DNA of 64,000 bases from Octopus vulgaris (GCA_951406725.2 OX597814.1:185690001-185754000), one strand, 5' to 3'. Counted from the first letter of the stretch, positions 12,744 to 26,509 are shown. The notes: generated by a model not told the origin, from the sequence alone. Numbers and translations are program-made.

Positions 12744-13060
12744 GCTTCTTTCAGTTTCCATCTACCAGGTTCACTCACAAGACTTTGATCAATCCGAGGT
12801 TATAGAAGACAGATGCCTAAGGTGCCACACAGTGGGACTGAACCTGGAACCACACAGCCATACAATACCCATACACACACAAACACGCATAGATGTGCAC
12901 TTGACATGCACACATACGGAAATGCATATGAGAGACATTCTACTGCAGCAAATAGAAGCCTCTAAAAATAGTTTCATCCCCAACCATGGTTAGCTGGTTC
13001 ATTTGACTGGCTTGGCTGGTCGGCTGACAGGCTGGTCGGCTGACAGGCTGGTCGGTGAGT

Positions 13061-13091
<31 letters not shown>

Positions 13092-13524
13092 TTGGTTGGT
13101 TGGTTGGTTGGTTGGTTGGTTGGCTTGTTGGTGGAATAGGTGTTACATGTGTGTGAGCGTATCTGTGCATGTGCACGTATGGGTGGCGGGAGAGAAGGAG
13201 GAAGGGGAGGAGGTAACGGTACAATGGTGGCCTGGTTTGATGACTTGAACAGGTTGTCATTAGCGTTACAAACCAATACTGGTCGTATTTAATCAATATT
13301 ATCAACAAATACAACAACGAAAGGTTAGCTAGTTACCAAAAATAAATAAACAAATATATATACATACATATATATATATATATATACATGTATGTATGTA
13401 ATTATATTTGTATATATATATATACCGGAGTAAACACATAAATGTGAAACAAGGTGGAAAAAAGAGTACTCAAATACCAGTAGTAGAGTAATATGCTTTA
13501 TTTAAAGCAGCAGAAAATTCAACA

Positions 13525-13571
13525 AAACCTGTTACTCTGAGTTTCCCGTTGCCGTTCATCGGACAGTTTTT
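13525..13571 (-). ncRNA. hammerhead-like motif with variant core (CCGAUGA)
   Basis: Minus strand reads aaaactgt-CCGATGA-a-CG gcaa CG-g-GAA-ACTC a GAGT-A-acaggtttt. All three stems can form. It sits in a (TA)n-flanked element. Confidence 0.55.
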
Positions 13572-13642
13572 GCTATATATATATGTATGTATGTATGTAT
13601 ATTTATACGTGTATATATATGTAGATAGATAGATATAGATAT

Positions 13643-13677
<35 letters not shown>

Positions 13678-13682
13678 CACTA

Positions 13683-13896
13683 TTTTACTCTTTTACTTGT
13701 TTCAGTCATTTGACAGTAGCCATGCTGGAGCACCACCTTTAGCTGAGCAAATCGACCCCAGGACTTATTCTTTGTAAGCCTAGTACTTATTCTATCGGTC
13801 TCTTTTGCTGAACTACTAAGTTGCAGGGGCATAAACACACTAGCATCGGTTGTCAAGCAATGGTGGGGGCACAACCAGAGACACACAAGCACGCAT

Positions 13897-13929
<33 letters not shown>

Positions 13930-14103
13930 TATATATATATGAAGGGCTTCTTTCAGTTTCCGTTTACCAAATCCACTCACAAGGCTTTGATCAGCCCAAG
14001 GCTATAGTAGAAGACATTTGCCCAAGGTGCCACGCAGTGGGACTGAACCCAGAACCATGTGGTTGGTAAGCAAGCTAGTTACCACACAGCTACTCCTGCA
14101 CCT
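13683..14103 (-). mobile_element. SINE-A, full length
   Basis: Reverse complement of the 4040-4458 family. Confidence 0.9.
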
Positions 14104-14299
14104 ATGTAAAATTATTTACTTGTGTATGCATCTGAAAGATGAAATAATGACTGCATCTTTCTCATTTTGTGGAATATACCGGCACTACAAAACGGTGTAT
14201 CGCATTGCATATTTTAGCCATATTACCTAGAAAAACCAATGAGGACCCATCCCCCACCAAAGGTATTTTTTGTGATTTAATATACCAAGGTAAGTATAT

Positions 14300-14722
14300 A
14301 GGCGCAGGAGTGGCTGTGTGGTAAGTAGCTTGTTTACCAACCACATGGTTCCGGGTTCAGTCCCACTGCGTGGCACCTTGGGCAAGTGTCTTCTACTATA
14401 GCCTCGGGCCGACCAAAGCCTTGTGAGTGGATTTGGTAGACGGAAACTGAAAGAAGCCCGTCGTATATATGTATATATATATATATATGCGTGTGTGTGT
14501 TTGTGTGTCTGTGTTTGTCCCCCTAGCATTGCTTGATAACCGATGCTGGTGTGTTTATGTCCCCGTTACTTAGCGGTTCGGCAAAAGAGACCGATAGAAT
14601 AAGTACTGGGCTTACAAAAGAATAAGTCCCGGGGTCGAGTTGCTCGATTAAAGGTGGTGCTCCAGCATGGCCGCAGTCAAATGACTGAAACAAGTAAAAG
14701 AGTAAAGAGTAAAGAGTAAAGT
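14300..14722 (+). mobile_element. SINE-A, full length, CpG-rich (young-looking)
   Basis: Intact A/B boxes and a GAGTAAA repeat tail. Confidence 0.92.
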
Positions 14723-15184
14723 ATCTTTAAGAGGTAAGTAAGACAAGATAGTATGATCGTAGCCCATTATCGTTATAATGGTAACGAGGAATATAAGAAA
14801 ATGAGCCATAACACCTCGAAAAATGATACAGGGACCATACTAAAGTTATTGATTGTGTATGCTTACGATGGTGTGTTACTAAACTCTCTGGTGTGAGTTT
14901 GGGTGAGCGAGCGTTGTATCAATAGCATTGAGGAATAATTTCTTCAGCCAGATTTTCAACCTTATTGCAAGCCTCACTGGTTCTTCCTCCCAACTTATTT
15001 GGATTCAAGACGTCAAACCAAAGAAAATGATCTACTAACCTCAAATATGGTTGGGGTGGCACTTACAACACTCTGTTACTAAACACCTTAACTGGAGACT
15101 TCCTATATTTAGGCATAATCTTCTATGTTGTAATTTCAAATTCTACCCAGGTTAATAAAATAATGTAAACAGTCCAGTATTGAG

Positions 15185-15640
15185 GCTGGAGGAACATGGC
15201 TTAGTGGTTAGGGTGTCGAACCATGATCGTAAGATTCTAGTTTCGATTCCTGGGCCTGGTAAATGCTTTGTGTTCTTGAGCAAAACACTTCATTTCATGT
15301 TACACCAGTCCACACAGCTGGCAAAAATGAGTAATTCTCTGACAGACCAGTGTTCAGTCCAAGTGGGGAACCTATACACCATGGAAACCAGAAAACCAGT
15401 TCTATGAATCTACATGAACTCGAGAAAGAACTTTATTAGTAGAGGCATGTGGCTTTGTGATTAGGGGTGTTGGATTCATGTTCATATCATTGTGTTTCAA
15501 TTCCTGGACTAGGTGACGCTTGGTGTTCTTGAGCAAAATATTTCATTTCACATTACCCCAGTCCACTCATCTAGCAAAAATGAGTTACCCTGCAACAGAC
15601 CAGCAACCCATCCAGGTGGGGAACATATATGCCATGCACT
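15185..15640 (+). mobile_element. two adjacent old tRNA-derived SINEs
   Basis: TGGCTTAGTGGTTAGGG..GTTTCGATTCC..TTCTTGAGCAAAA..CAGTCCAC..AAAAATGAGT occurs twice. Confidence 0.65.
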
Positions 15641-16014
15641 AGTGTAGCTAGAGTGTGTGCTGCCTGGAGCAACCTTTCCATTTGCCACTCCCCAGACCCC
15701 ACAAAAAACACATATCACCTACAGTATACCCAAAAGTGATGCCCCTTTAAAAGTGTCACCCAGGGGGCAGACTCCCCCTATTTCCTCTCCTAAAAGGTTG
15801 GCTTTAATGTATCTATGTTAAAAATCAACAGCTCATGAAAGGAGTCACTCTACTTATTCATCCAAACTACTAGAAATAACAGTTAAATCTCCCTCAAATC
15901 ATAACCAACCATCATCATTATTGTCTTCTTCCTTAGTATTTTTTTACATCTGTTTTCTATGCCGGCATGGGTCCAGTGGATTGACACAGGTTTCAAGTAG
16001 GTTTTTATTTAGAA

Positions 16015-16252
16015 TTAACCCTTTAGAATGCAGGTTACTCCGCTAAATGTAATGCTTATTTATTCACATTGTTTTAAATTAATTTATCATGCATTATCTC
16101 ATAGCTTCCAGATATCAGTTATATAATTGTTTATTTTAAGAATGTCAAAGGTATCAAAGGCTGGGCCTGCCCAGCTTGAACATAAAAACACTAGAATATT
16201 TGGGGCCCCACCCCGGATATGGCAGGGTGGGGTTTAAATGCTAAAAGGTTAA
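16015..16252. mobile_element. piggyBac-like MITE (TIR CCCTTTAG..)
   Basis: TTAA-CCCTTTAGAATG ... AATGCTAAAAGG-TTAA. Related copies at 36159, 38608, ~43176 and ~57930. Confidence 0.7.
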
Positions 16253-16599
16253 GGAAGAAAAGGAATGTATTGGATACTGATGTTTCTAGATGTTTTGTTT
16301 GCCATAAGAAAGATAGGACACCTTTCAACAGATAGGATCAATCAGGGCACACCTGGATGTAAGTAATGACAGCAACAGTGGTGACAATACCATCTCTAAT
16401 TTCTCCCCTTCTTTTTCATAATCGCATACACACACACATAGATATACACACATACATGTGTGTGTGTCTGTGTGTGTGTATATATATATATATGTATATG
16501 TATATACACAGACATATACATGCTGATTATGTCATCTCTCTGTCATGTTTATCTGCCATTGATCTCTGGTGGCAGAATAAGGAAAACCTTATTATTATC

Positions 16600-16784
16600 T
16601 CTACCACCACCACCACCACCACCACCACCACTACCACCAGCACAACTACCACCACCACCATCATCATCATCATCAACACCATCATCATTACTATTCCCTC
16701 CATTTCCAACATCATTATCATCATAGTCTCTACAACCACCACCACCACCACCACAACCTCACCATCATCATCATCATCATCAAT

Positions 16785-16844
<60 letters not shown>

Positions 16845-16851
16845 GTCGTCG

Positions 16852-16891
<40 letters not shown>

Positions 16892-16937
16892 TATCATCAT
16901 CATCATCATCATCATCATTATCATCATTATCATCATC
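16600..16937. repeat. (CAC)n/(CAT)n microsatellite
   Basis: Directly visible. Confidence 0.97.
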
Positions 16938-17181
16938 CAAATTATATATTTTACTACCTTAACTTCTAGTTTTCCATCTCAGAAAACATATCTCTTACTT
17001 ACCTTGCTTTTTTTTAAAATTATTTTTATTTATATTTTTATTTTGGTTATTGTCATAATTTAAAAAATTTTTTGATAAAATTCATTTTTTGGGGGTTTTT
17101 TTCTTCTCCCCCTGATAATATTCAGTATTGAATTTAGTTCAATATTGTTCATTTGCATACACACAGACACACACACACATG

Positions 17182-17213
<32 letters not shown>

Positions 17214-17559
17214 TACACACACACACACACACACATATGCACCATGCCGCCATCTTACGACCCCATCACCACCACCATCACCACCGCCGCCTATACCACC
17301 TTACTACACAAAGTCTTTCATACTTTACATGGCACCTTCTTCCTCCTCCTCCTCCTCCCTCTCCTTCCTTTCTTCTTAGCCACTTCCTACTCTCACTCCC
17401 ACTCCTGTTCTTTGTCTTCTTCTTTCTTCTTTTTCTTCTTCCCCTTATTCTTCCAATACCCCTCCCCCCACTCAGTTCAGCATTCACTGCAGTTATTCTT
17501 GCCAAGGCAGTCAGTTCAATGATGGAGCGATGGCGCGCTGGAGCCGTCTGCCACACTTT

Positions 17560-18072
17560 CTAGCAGTAACGTTTTACAGAATAAACATAGGGTAAATATA
17601 TATATATATTGGTCGCAATGAAGGTAATGCTAGCAGTGGTGGTGGTGGTGGTGGTGGTGGTGGTGTCACCGGTGGTAGTGGTTATAGAGGTGGTGATGGT
17701 AGTGGTTGTGGTTGTGTTGATGGTAGTGGTGGTGGTTGTGTTGGTGGTAGTGCTGGTGGTGAAAGTATCAATAGTAGTGGTGGTGGTGGTGGTGGTGGTG
17801 GTGAGAGTATCAATAGTAGTGGTGGTGGTGGTGGTGGTTGTGATGGCGGCGGTGGTGGTGGTGGTGGTGGTGGTTATAGCGGTGGTGATGGTAGTGGTGG
17901 TGGTTGTGTTGGTTGTAGTGGTGGTGGTGGTGGTGGTGAGAGTATCAATAGTAGTGGTGGTGGTTGTGGTGGTGGTGGTGGTGACAGTAGTAGTGGTGGT
18001 GTCACCGGTGGTGGTGGTTGTGTTGGTGGTAGTGGTGGTGGTGGTGGTGGCGACGGCGTTGGTAGTAGTGGC

Positions 18073-18106
<34 letters not shown>

Positions 18107-18156
18107 TAATTGATGTTACAATGGCCACTGCTAGCATCAGCAGCAGCAGTAGCAGT

Positions 18157-18191
<35 letters not shown>

Positions 18192-18339
18192 ATACCTGTA
18201 GCAGAAGAAACAGCAGTTGCAGCAGCAGCAGCAGCGATGACGTTGGTGGCGATGGTGGCAGCGGCAGCCATGGGAAGAATTGGCAGCGCTTTTCTTTTTT
18301 AAGTGTGCCACCGCTAACGACGACGTCGCCCTTCATCAT
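17560..18339 (-). CDS. candidate 259-aa ORF: signal-peptide-like N-terminus plus Thr-rich mucin-like body (or a 48-codon first exon)
   Basis: ATG with an in-frame TAA 9 nt upstream, basic KKEKR, Leu run, TATAAA|DA, then a Thr tract. Possible donor CAG|GTATT at 18196/18195. Mostly microsatellite, so it may be non-coding. Confidence 0.25.
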
Positions 18340-19563
18340 TCTCGCTTAGCGCCATCGCCATCGCCGTCACCATCAGCCTCCCCCATCACCATCACCATCA
18401 CCATCATCATCATCATCAACTGCAGCAGCAGCAGTGGCAACAGCAGCAGCTATATATCAGAACTAGAAGTGCTTCTCCTTTCTACCTGTGTCACCAGTAG
18501 CAGCAGCAGCAGCAGCAGCAGCATCCGCAATCATGATAGTGATGGTGGTGGTGGTGGTGATCATGATGACGATTGTCGTCATCACCGTTGTTGCTCGCAC
18601 GTCATCGTCGTCGTTGTCGTCGTCATCATCTTGCCGCCACCACCACCACCACCACCACCACCACCATCATCATCAGCATCAGCATCAGCGTCATCATCAT
18701 CATTGTCGTCATCATCGACACGAACAAGCAGCAGTTCTAACAGAACTCGCAGTGTCACAACTACCTGTGTCACGAGTAATATCGTCCTCATAACAACCAT
18801 TGCTGCCGTCATCATCGTCATCATCACTGTCATCATTGTCGTCATTGCCATCATCATCATCATCATAGTCAATAACAGCAGCTCTGCCACCACCACCTCT
18901 GTCATCATCATCATCATCATCGTCATTGAGAACATCACTGTCATCATTATCATCATCATCAATGTCAGCACCACCATCTCCACCACCAACATCATCCCCA
19001 CCATCGTTTATCATCATCACTGTTGTTCCTACCATCATCACCATCACTGTCACCACCACCACCACCACCACCACCATCACCATCACTATCATCATCATCA
19101 TCAACAGCAGCATCCCTATCCTCATCAACTTCGCTAACCATTATCACCGTTGCCATTGCCACCAGCCTCACCATCATCATCGTCATCATCGTCATCATCA
19201 TCACCACTGCTACCTGTCATCACCTCCAACACAACGCCATCCTCTCAACCACCACCACCACCAGCTCCATCACCATCATCACCAACATCATGATTGCCAC
19301 CACCACCACCACCACTACCATCACCACCACCACCACCACTACCACCACCACCACCACCACCACCATCATCATCATCACCATCAATGCTATAATCATAGCC
19401 ACCACAATAACCCATCATCATGATCATTATCCTCACCATTGTTAACCCTCACCATTATAATCATCATCACAATCATTTCCAACCATTGTCGTCACCATCA
19501 TCACCATCATCACAGTCATCACCATCATCATCATCATCGTCACCATCATCACCATCATCACAG

Positions 19564-19638
<75 letters not shown>

Positions 19639-19640
19639 AC
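17630..19640. repeat. 2-kb compound trinucleotide region (GGT/AGT/AGC/CAT/CAC)
   Basis: Directly visible, with short non-repetitive islands. Confidence 0.95.
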
Positions 19641-19846
19641 AACATCAACAGCAGCTTCAGCATCACCAATACCGTTATCATTCCGATCATCCTAAGTAGC
19701 GGCAGCGCCACCTTCAGCAACAGCTGCAGTATGTACAGTGTCACCTGACAGATGCTGTACCAGTAATACAGTATGTGTGTGTTCATGTGTGTGTGTGTGT
19801 GTCTGTGTGTCTTTATACCTTATATCATTCAGTTGGACACTTATGT

Positions 19847-19881
<35 letters not shown>

Positions 19882-19902
19882 TGTGTGTATGTGTGTGTGT
19901 GC

Positions 19903-19943
19903 GTTTAGCATGGTTATACAGCAGTGAATTTGAAAGCATATGC

Positions 19944-19982
<39 letters not shown>

Positions 19983-20030
19983 TGTGTGTGTTTAGCATGG
20001 TTATACAGCAGTGAATTTGAAAGCATATGC

Positions 20031-20075
<45 letters not shown>

Positions 20076-20123
20076 TATGTGTGTTTAGCATGGTTATACA
20101 GCAGTGAATTTGAAAGCATATGC

Positions 20124-20125
<2 letters not shown>
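19903..20125. repeat. three identical 43-bp units separated by (TG)n spacers
   Basis: GTTTAGCATGGTTATACAGCAGTGAATTTGAAAGCATATGCTT at 19903, 19990 and 20083. Confidence 0.95.
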
Positions 20126-20179
<54 letters not shown>

Positions 20180-20599
20180 TAGTAGGTCTTTTTATAACTG
20201 TGTGTGTGTATACATATGTACGTTTCAATATGTGAGTGTAGATGTTCGTAAGAGTGTATTTGTGTGTATGCATGTATGGGTTTGTATGTATGACTGTGTG
20301 CATATATATGTGTGTGTGTGTGTATAGACGTGTGTGTATGTGTCTATGTGCGTGCACATGTGTGTGTGTGTTTGTCATGTGTGTGAGAGTAGGTCTTTTT
20401 ATGAGTGTGTGTGCACGTGTACACATATGTGAATGTGGATGTTCATAAAAGTGTATTTGTGTATACTTGTGGATGTGTATGTGAGTGTGTGTGTGAGTGT
20501 GTGTGTGTGTGTGTGTGTGGTTATACTGCAGAGAACCTGCAAGTATTATACCTGCATGGCTATGTGTCTACATCTGTGTATGAATACAGATCTGTTCAC

Positions 20600-20630
<31 letters not shown>

Positions 20631-20855
20631 CATGTGTGTGTGTATGTGTGTGTGTGTGTGTGTGCTTGTATATTGTATCATACTGCGGTGAAGCCAACAG
20701 TAGTATATGCTTGCATTTATGTGTGTATGTGTGTGCATGTGGTATCAACATGAGGATGTCTATGTGTTCACGCATGTGTGTATGCTTAAGAAAGTGTGTT
20801 AACAAAACGTGTGCATATGTATCAGGTATATGTGCATGTATGTATGTTTGTTTGA

Positions 20856-20898
<43 letters not shown>

Positions 20899-20952
20899 CA
20901 CAAAAGACTGTTCATGTCAAATAATATTTATATGTATGTATGTGTACATGTA

Positions 20953-21014
<62 letters not shown>

Positions 21015-21324
21015 TGTATGTATGTATGTATATGGATGTATGTATAAGTATATATGTACATTTTCACGTATGTATATATGTATCAGTATGTACATATGTA
21101 CGTACATGCATATATATGCATATATGTATGTATGTATGTATGTATGTGTATATAAGTATATATATATGTGAGTGTATGTATGTATATATGTGGTATATAT
21201 GATGTATGTACGTATACCTGAGTGACTATGGAAGTGTGTATGCATATGTATGACCACATGTATGTGAGAGTGACTGCTCACATTACACTATCTGTATGTA
21301 TGCATGTCCATGTAAGAATGTATA

Positions 21325-21555
21325 TTCTTTTATTTCTTTCCCTTATTTGACTGTGGCCTTGCTGGAGCACTGCCTTTAGTCAAACAAATCGAACCCAGCA
21401 CTTATTCTTTGCGAGCCTAGTACTTATTCTATCAGATTCTTTTGCCGAACCACTAAGGGGGGACAGACACACAAATACACACACACACACACACACATAT
21501 ATATACATACATACTTATACATATATATATATGTACATATGTATATATATGTATG

Positions 21556-21587
<32 letters not shown>

Positions 21588-21613
21588 TGTATGTATATAT
21601 ATATATATCGCCT

Positions 21614-21673
<60 letters not shown>

Positions 21674-21833
21674 CGGGCTCTTTTCAGTTTCTGTCTACCA
21701 AATCCACCCACAAGGCTTTGGTCAGCCTGAGGCTATAGAAAAACACACTTGCTCATGGTGCCACGCAGTGGGACTGAACCCAAAAACATGTGGTTGGTAA
21801 GCAAGCTACTTACCACACAGCCACTCCTGCATC
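21325..21833 (-). mobile_element. SINE-A with expanded internal (TA)n
   Basis: Both halves match the family. The internal microsatellite is ~200 bp. Confidence 0.85.
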
Positions 21834-22683
21834 TGGAAAAGTGAAATTTTCACTTAAAATGCATGTGTTTGTGTTTATGTGTGCATGTGTATATGTGTGT
21901 GTGTGTATCTGCGAAATAGAAAGACGGAGAGAGTGTGTGAGAGAGAGAAAGAGAGAAAGAGAGAGAGAGTAGCTATTAGGGACATGCATGTACGTGTGTA
22001 TACATATGCTGTGATTGTTGCTGTTTCTAACCCCAGGTCAGCAGACTTATGATCAAAGACACTCTAACTATGGCGATCCTGTGATTTACCTTATGTGCAG
22101 GTAACCCACAACTGCAGAATCAAACATGTCCTTTATTAACGATGTGACGCGAGGGTGATTTGGCTACTATTTCTAGCAGGTCAAGCAACCACACTGCAGC
22201 TCCTTTGTCGGCTTGCATATGCTATATGCGTATTTAAAAGGAGTGGTCACGTGAAGTTCTGCATTCATGTGTGTGTGTATACGCATGTGTGTGTGTGTGT
22301 ATTTGTTCAGATCTCGGCTTATAATAGGAAGCAGCTTGCCAGACCAGTTGTTAATAAATAACAGGTAGATGGAGGTGTATTGCCTCCATATTGCATGTGT
22401 GCATGTATGTATATGTGTGTGTGTGTGTGTGTGCTATGTCCAAGGATGTGTATGTGTGTGTTTATGTGTGCATGTATGTACGTGTAAAAACAGATACGAA
22501 TTTACAACACTTGAAGTTAGTTATATGAGTGTATGCGTATATGAACATAGAAGCAGAAGATGTGTATCTGTAGATCCATGTATATGCGCACACGTAACCA
22601 TTCATGAATACAGACAGACTCTTATGATATATTCACACCCATACACATACAAAGATGCTCTACTCATACATACATACATACAT

Positions 22684-22725
<42 letters not shown>

Positions 22726-22903
22726 CATACAAACTGACAGATGCATACATATGCAAATATACATGCATACATGTACATATATATATACATACATGAATAC
22801 ATACATACATACGCAAATATACATGCATACATGTACATATATATATACATACATGAATACATACATACATACATATATATATATATATACACATACATAA
22901 TAC

Positions 22904-22969
<66 letters not shown>

Positions 22970-23012
22970 GCATATACACAGGTATATATATAGAGAGAGA
23001 GATAGATACACT

Positions 23013-23050
<38 letters not shown>

Positions 23051-23562
23051 TACAGACATATATATATACATACATACAGACATATACGTGCATACAAAAA
23101 GACTTATACATAAAAATACGGATATATATATATATACATACGCACGGACCTATATATATATATATATATATATACATATGCATACATACAGGCATATATA
23201 TACACACAGGCATATACATACATATATCCATACATGCACACATACATAAACACAGATGCATACATAAAAATATACACATATGTGCACATGCACCCATGCA
23301 TGCACACATATGTAAACACACATTCATGCACACACATATGTGCACACTCACACACACACACACATACATACATACAAGAAAACGAGGACATCTACAAACC
23401 ATTGGTAAGGAGTTTGCAAATGCAGTACCTAAGATGCGCTTTCAGCTTCATACCCATTATTCTTGGAGCAACAGGATACATACCGACCATTCTGGAGCAA
23501 AATACGGTTGAACTTGGATTATTGCGGGGAGAACAGAAATTTGAAATTTGTAATTCATTTTG

Positions 23563-23800
23563 AAGGCGATGAGCTGGCAGAATCATTAGCACACTGGGCA
23601 AAATGCTTAGTGGTATTTCGTCTGCCATTATGTTCTGAGTTCAAATTAGGCATGGTTGACTTTGCCTTTCATCCTTTCGGGGTTGATAAATTAAGTACCA
23701 GTTATGTACTGGGGTCGATGTAATCAACTTAATCCCTTTGTCTGTCCTTGTTTGTCCCCTCTATGTTTAGCCCCTTGTGGGCAATAAAGAAATAAGAAAT
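23563..23800 (+). mobile_element. SINE-B, full length
   Basis: GGCGATGAGCTGGCAGAATC..GAGTTCAAATT..GCCCCTTGTGGGCAATAAAGAAATAAG. Confidence 0.88.
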
Positions 23801-24020
23801 TATTAATTCATAATCTACAGATGATCATGATATCTGGGACTATAAAAATCTGCAAGACATACTCAAGATTTAAAGGATGACAATTAAATCATGATACTTA
23901 CCTTCACAACCTTGCTACCAAGTCAGTGACTGGTCCGAATTTACTCTAAATTTTTTAAAAAATGAGTAAACATACATACATACATACATACATACATACA
24001 TACAGACAGACAGACAGAGA

Positions 24021-24430
24021 GGAGAAAGTTAATTCGATGACTAAAGAATACATCACTGGAATTGTAAAAATCTGTAAAACTTTCCAGAAATTTAGCATTT
24101 AAATATATATGAGCATGTCTAGATATGCAACTATATGCATGAGAATACATACATAAAACATACAAATCTGCACATACATACGTACATACATACATACATA
24201 CATTCATACATACATACATACATACATACATTCATGCATACATACATCCAGAAAGGAGAAAGCTAATTCGAAGACTAAAGATCCAATATATCACTGGAAT
24301 TGTAAAAGTCTGTAAAACTTTCCAGAAGTTTAGTGTTTAAATATATATGAGCGTGTCTAGATATAACTATATGCATGAGAATACATGCATAAAACATACA
24401 AATCTGCACATGCATACATACGTACATACA
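24021..24430. repeat. ~235-bp tandem duplication bounded by (CATA)n
   Basis: GGAGAAAG.TAATTCGA.GACTAAAGA..TCACTGGAATTGTAAAA occurs at 24021 and ~24255. Confidence 0.85.
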
Positions 24431-24550
24431 TACATACATACATACATACATACATACAAAAATACCATTGTTGATGTTGAAATTCCAATATAAAACAATA
24501 TAAAACAAAACAAACAAATCTGCACATACATACATGCACACACATATACA

Positions 24551-24581
<31 letters not shown>

Positions 24582-24889
24582 CATACATACATACATACAT
24601 ACATACATACATACGTATGTACCTGCTTATACCGAAACTGTAACTTCACACTTTGCAATCAATAAGGTTTACATTTCCAATCTGAGTGCTTGTAGCCATA
24701 ACTTAGTTACTAACAGTTGTACCCTGTATTGAGTACTTTTCTATCTCGTTTATATATACATATACATATATATATACATATATACTTATATAAATGTTTG
24801 ATTAATTATGTATATATGTATGTATGTGTGTGGCATGCATATATATGTATCACGTATGTGTGATGTGTGTTTGTATGTGTGTATGTGCT

Positions 24890-25588
24890 TATCTTTTACT
24901 TATTTCAGCCATTGGACAGCAACCATGCTAGGGCCCTACCTTGAAGAGCTTTAGCCAAACAAATCAACCACAGTACATTTTTTTTAAAGTCTGGTACTTG
25001 TTCTATCAAGCTCTTTTGCCCAACTGCTAAGTCATGGAGACACAAACATGAAGACAGACACATATCGGTCTTATTTCTGTTTCCATCAACCAAATTCACT
25101 CACAAGACTTTAATTAGCCCAAAGCTATGACAGAAGACACTCACCCAAGTTGCCATGCAGTGGGACCGAACCCACAACCATGTGGTTGGTAAGCAAGCCT
25201 CTTACCACACAGCCATACCTCTGTGTATATTAATTTCTTTAACATTTATTTGAGTTTCTCCCTTTGCAGAGTTCAATTTGGTCACTAACAAAGCAGCAAG
25301 GCTCTTTTGCTTAAATCAAGATAACCCCTAAGGACTTGTGGTTACCTGAATTGGTTAGTATCTGCATATATGTGTGTGCTTGTTAAAAAATATATATATA
25401 TTAGTAGCGGAGGCTGTATTAATACCAAGATGTAATACTCTTACTCTTTTTACTCTTTGACTCTTTTACTTGTTTCAGTTTTTTGACTGCGACCATGCTG
25501 GAGCACCACCTTTAGTCGAGCAAATCGACCCCAGGACTTATTCTTTGTAAGCCTAGTACTTATTCTATCAGTCACTTTTGCCAAACTG
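24890..25588 (-). mobile_element. SINE-A: decayed copy (24890-25220) and 3' fragment (25440-25588)
   Basis: Family motifs are present in both pieces. Confidence 0.75.
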
Positions 25589-26506
25589 TCAGTGTGGCCG
25601 AGTGTTGTCATGGAGAAGAATTGGTCCTTTTCTATTGACCAATGCTGGCTGTTGTTGTCGGAGTTTCTTATTTATTTCATCCATTTGCTGACAGTACTTC
25701 TCCACCATAATGGTTTCACCTGGATCCAAAAAGCTGTGATGGATGAGACCAGCCACAGACCACCAAACAGTCACCATGACCTTCTTTTGGTGCAACTTTG
25801 GCTTCGGGAAGTGCCGTGAAGCTCCGTCGGTGTCCAGTCACAGAGCTGAGCATCACCGGTTGTCGTAAATAATCCACTTTTTATTGCAAGTCACAATCCG
25901 GTCGAGAAATGGGTCGTTCTTGTTGCATAAAAGAAAGGAAAGCAACACTTCAAAACGGCGTTTTATTTTTGATTGTCATTCAATTCGTGCGGCACCCATT
26001 TCTCAAGTATTTTTGTTTTCCCAATCTCTTTCAAGTGGTTGGAAATTGTTGTATATGTAATGTCTAATTCAGAAACAAGCTCTTGAACTAAGGCTCTTAG
26101 TTGATCATTGTCAACATCCGATGGACAACCACTATGCTTATCATCTTCAAGACTCTCATTACTGGCTACAAAATTTTTTTGAACCACCATTGTGCTGTAC
26201 AGTAACTAGTGGTTCCTGGGTCAAATGCATTGTTGATATCACGAGCTGTTTCAGTAGCTTTTTGGCCTAACATGAACTGGAAAAAGAAAATTGTGCGAAT
26301 TTGCTTTTGGTCCATGTTGTATTCAATGTTCTGAAAAAAATGGCCTAATTATTCAAAATGAAAAAAAGTAACACGATTAGATAGAGCGAAAAATAGGCTT
26401 TAAAATGATATATAAAGTAAAAGTATTTTAACGAAAATTAATTTGAAACTACATAATTTAAAACCAAAATTTAAAATTCCACAAGAATTTTCTTGACAAC
26501 CTAATA
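25589..26506 (-). pseudogene. mariner (Tc1/mariner) element with 5' TIR and disrupted transposase, 3' truncated
   Basis: TA-TTAGGTTGTCAAGAAA terminus, ATG at 26315 (MDQKQIRTIFLFQF), WVPHEL, KKVMVTVWW, ILLHDNTRPH. Contains frameshifts and stops. Confidence 0.9.
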
Positions 26507-26509
26507 TGT

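Noticed and set aside
14300-14380. tRNA gene
   Set aside because: The A/B boxes belong to a SINE head. There is no proper cloverleaf and it continues into the SINE body.
14227-14529. Recurrent [22 protein letters not shown] peptide suggesting a gene family
   Set aside because: It is an antisense translation of SINE-A in every occurrence.
19903-20125. CRISPR-like repeat/spacer look
   Set aside because: Spacers are TG microsatellite, there are no cas genes, and the context is eukaryotic.
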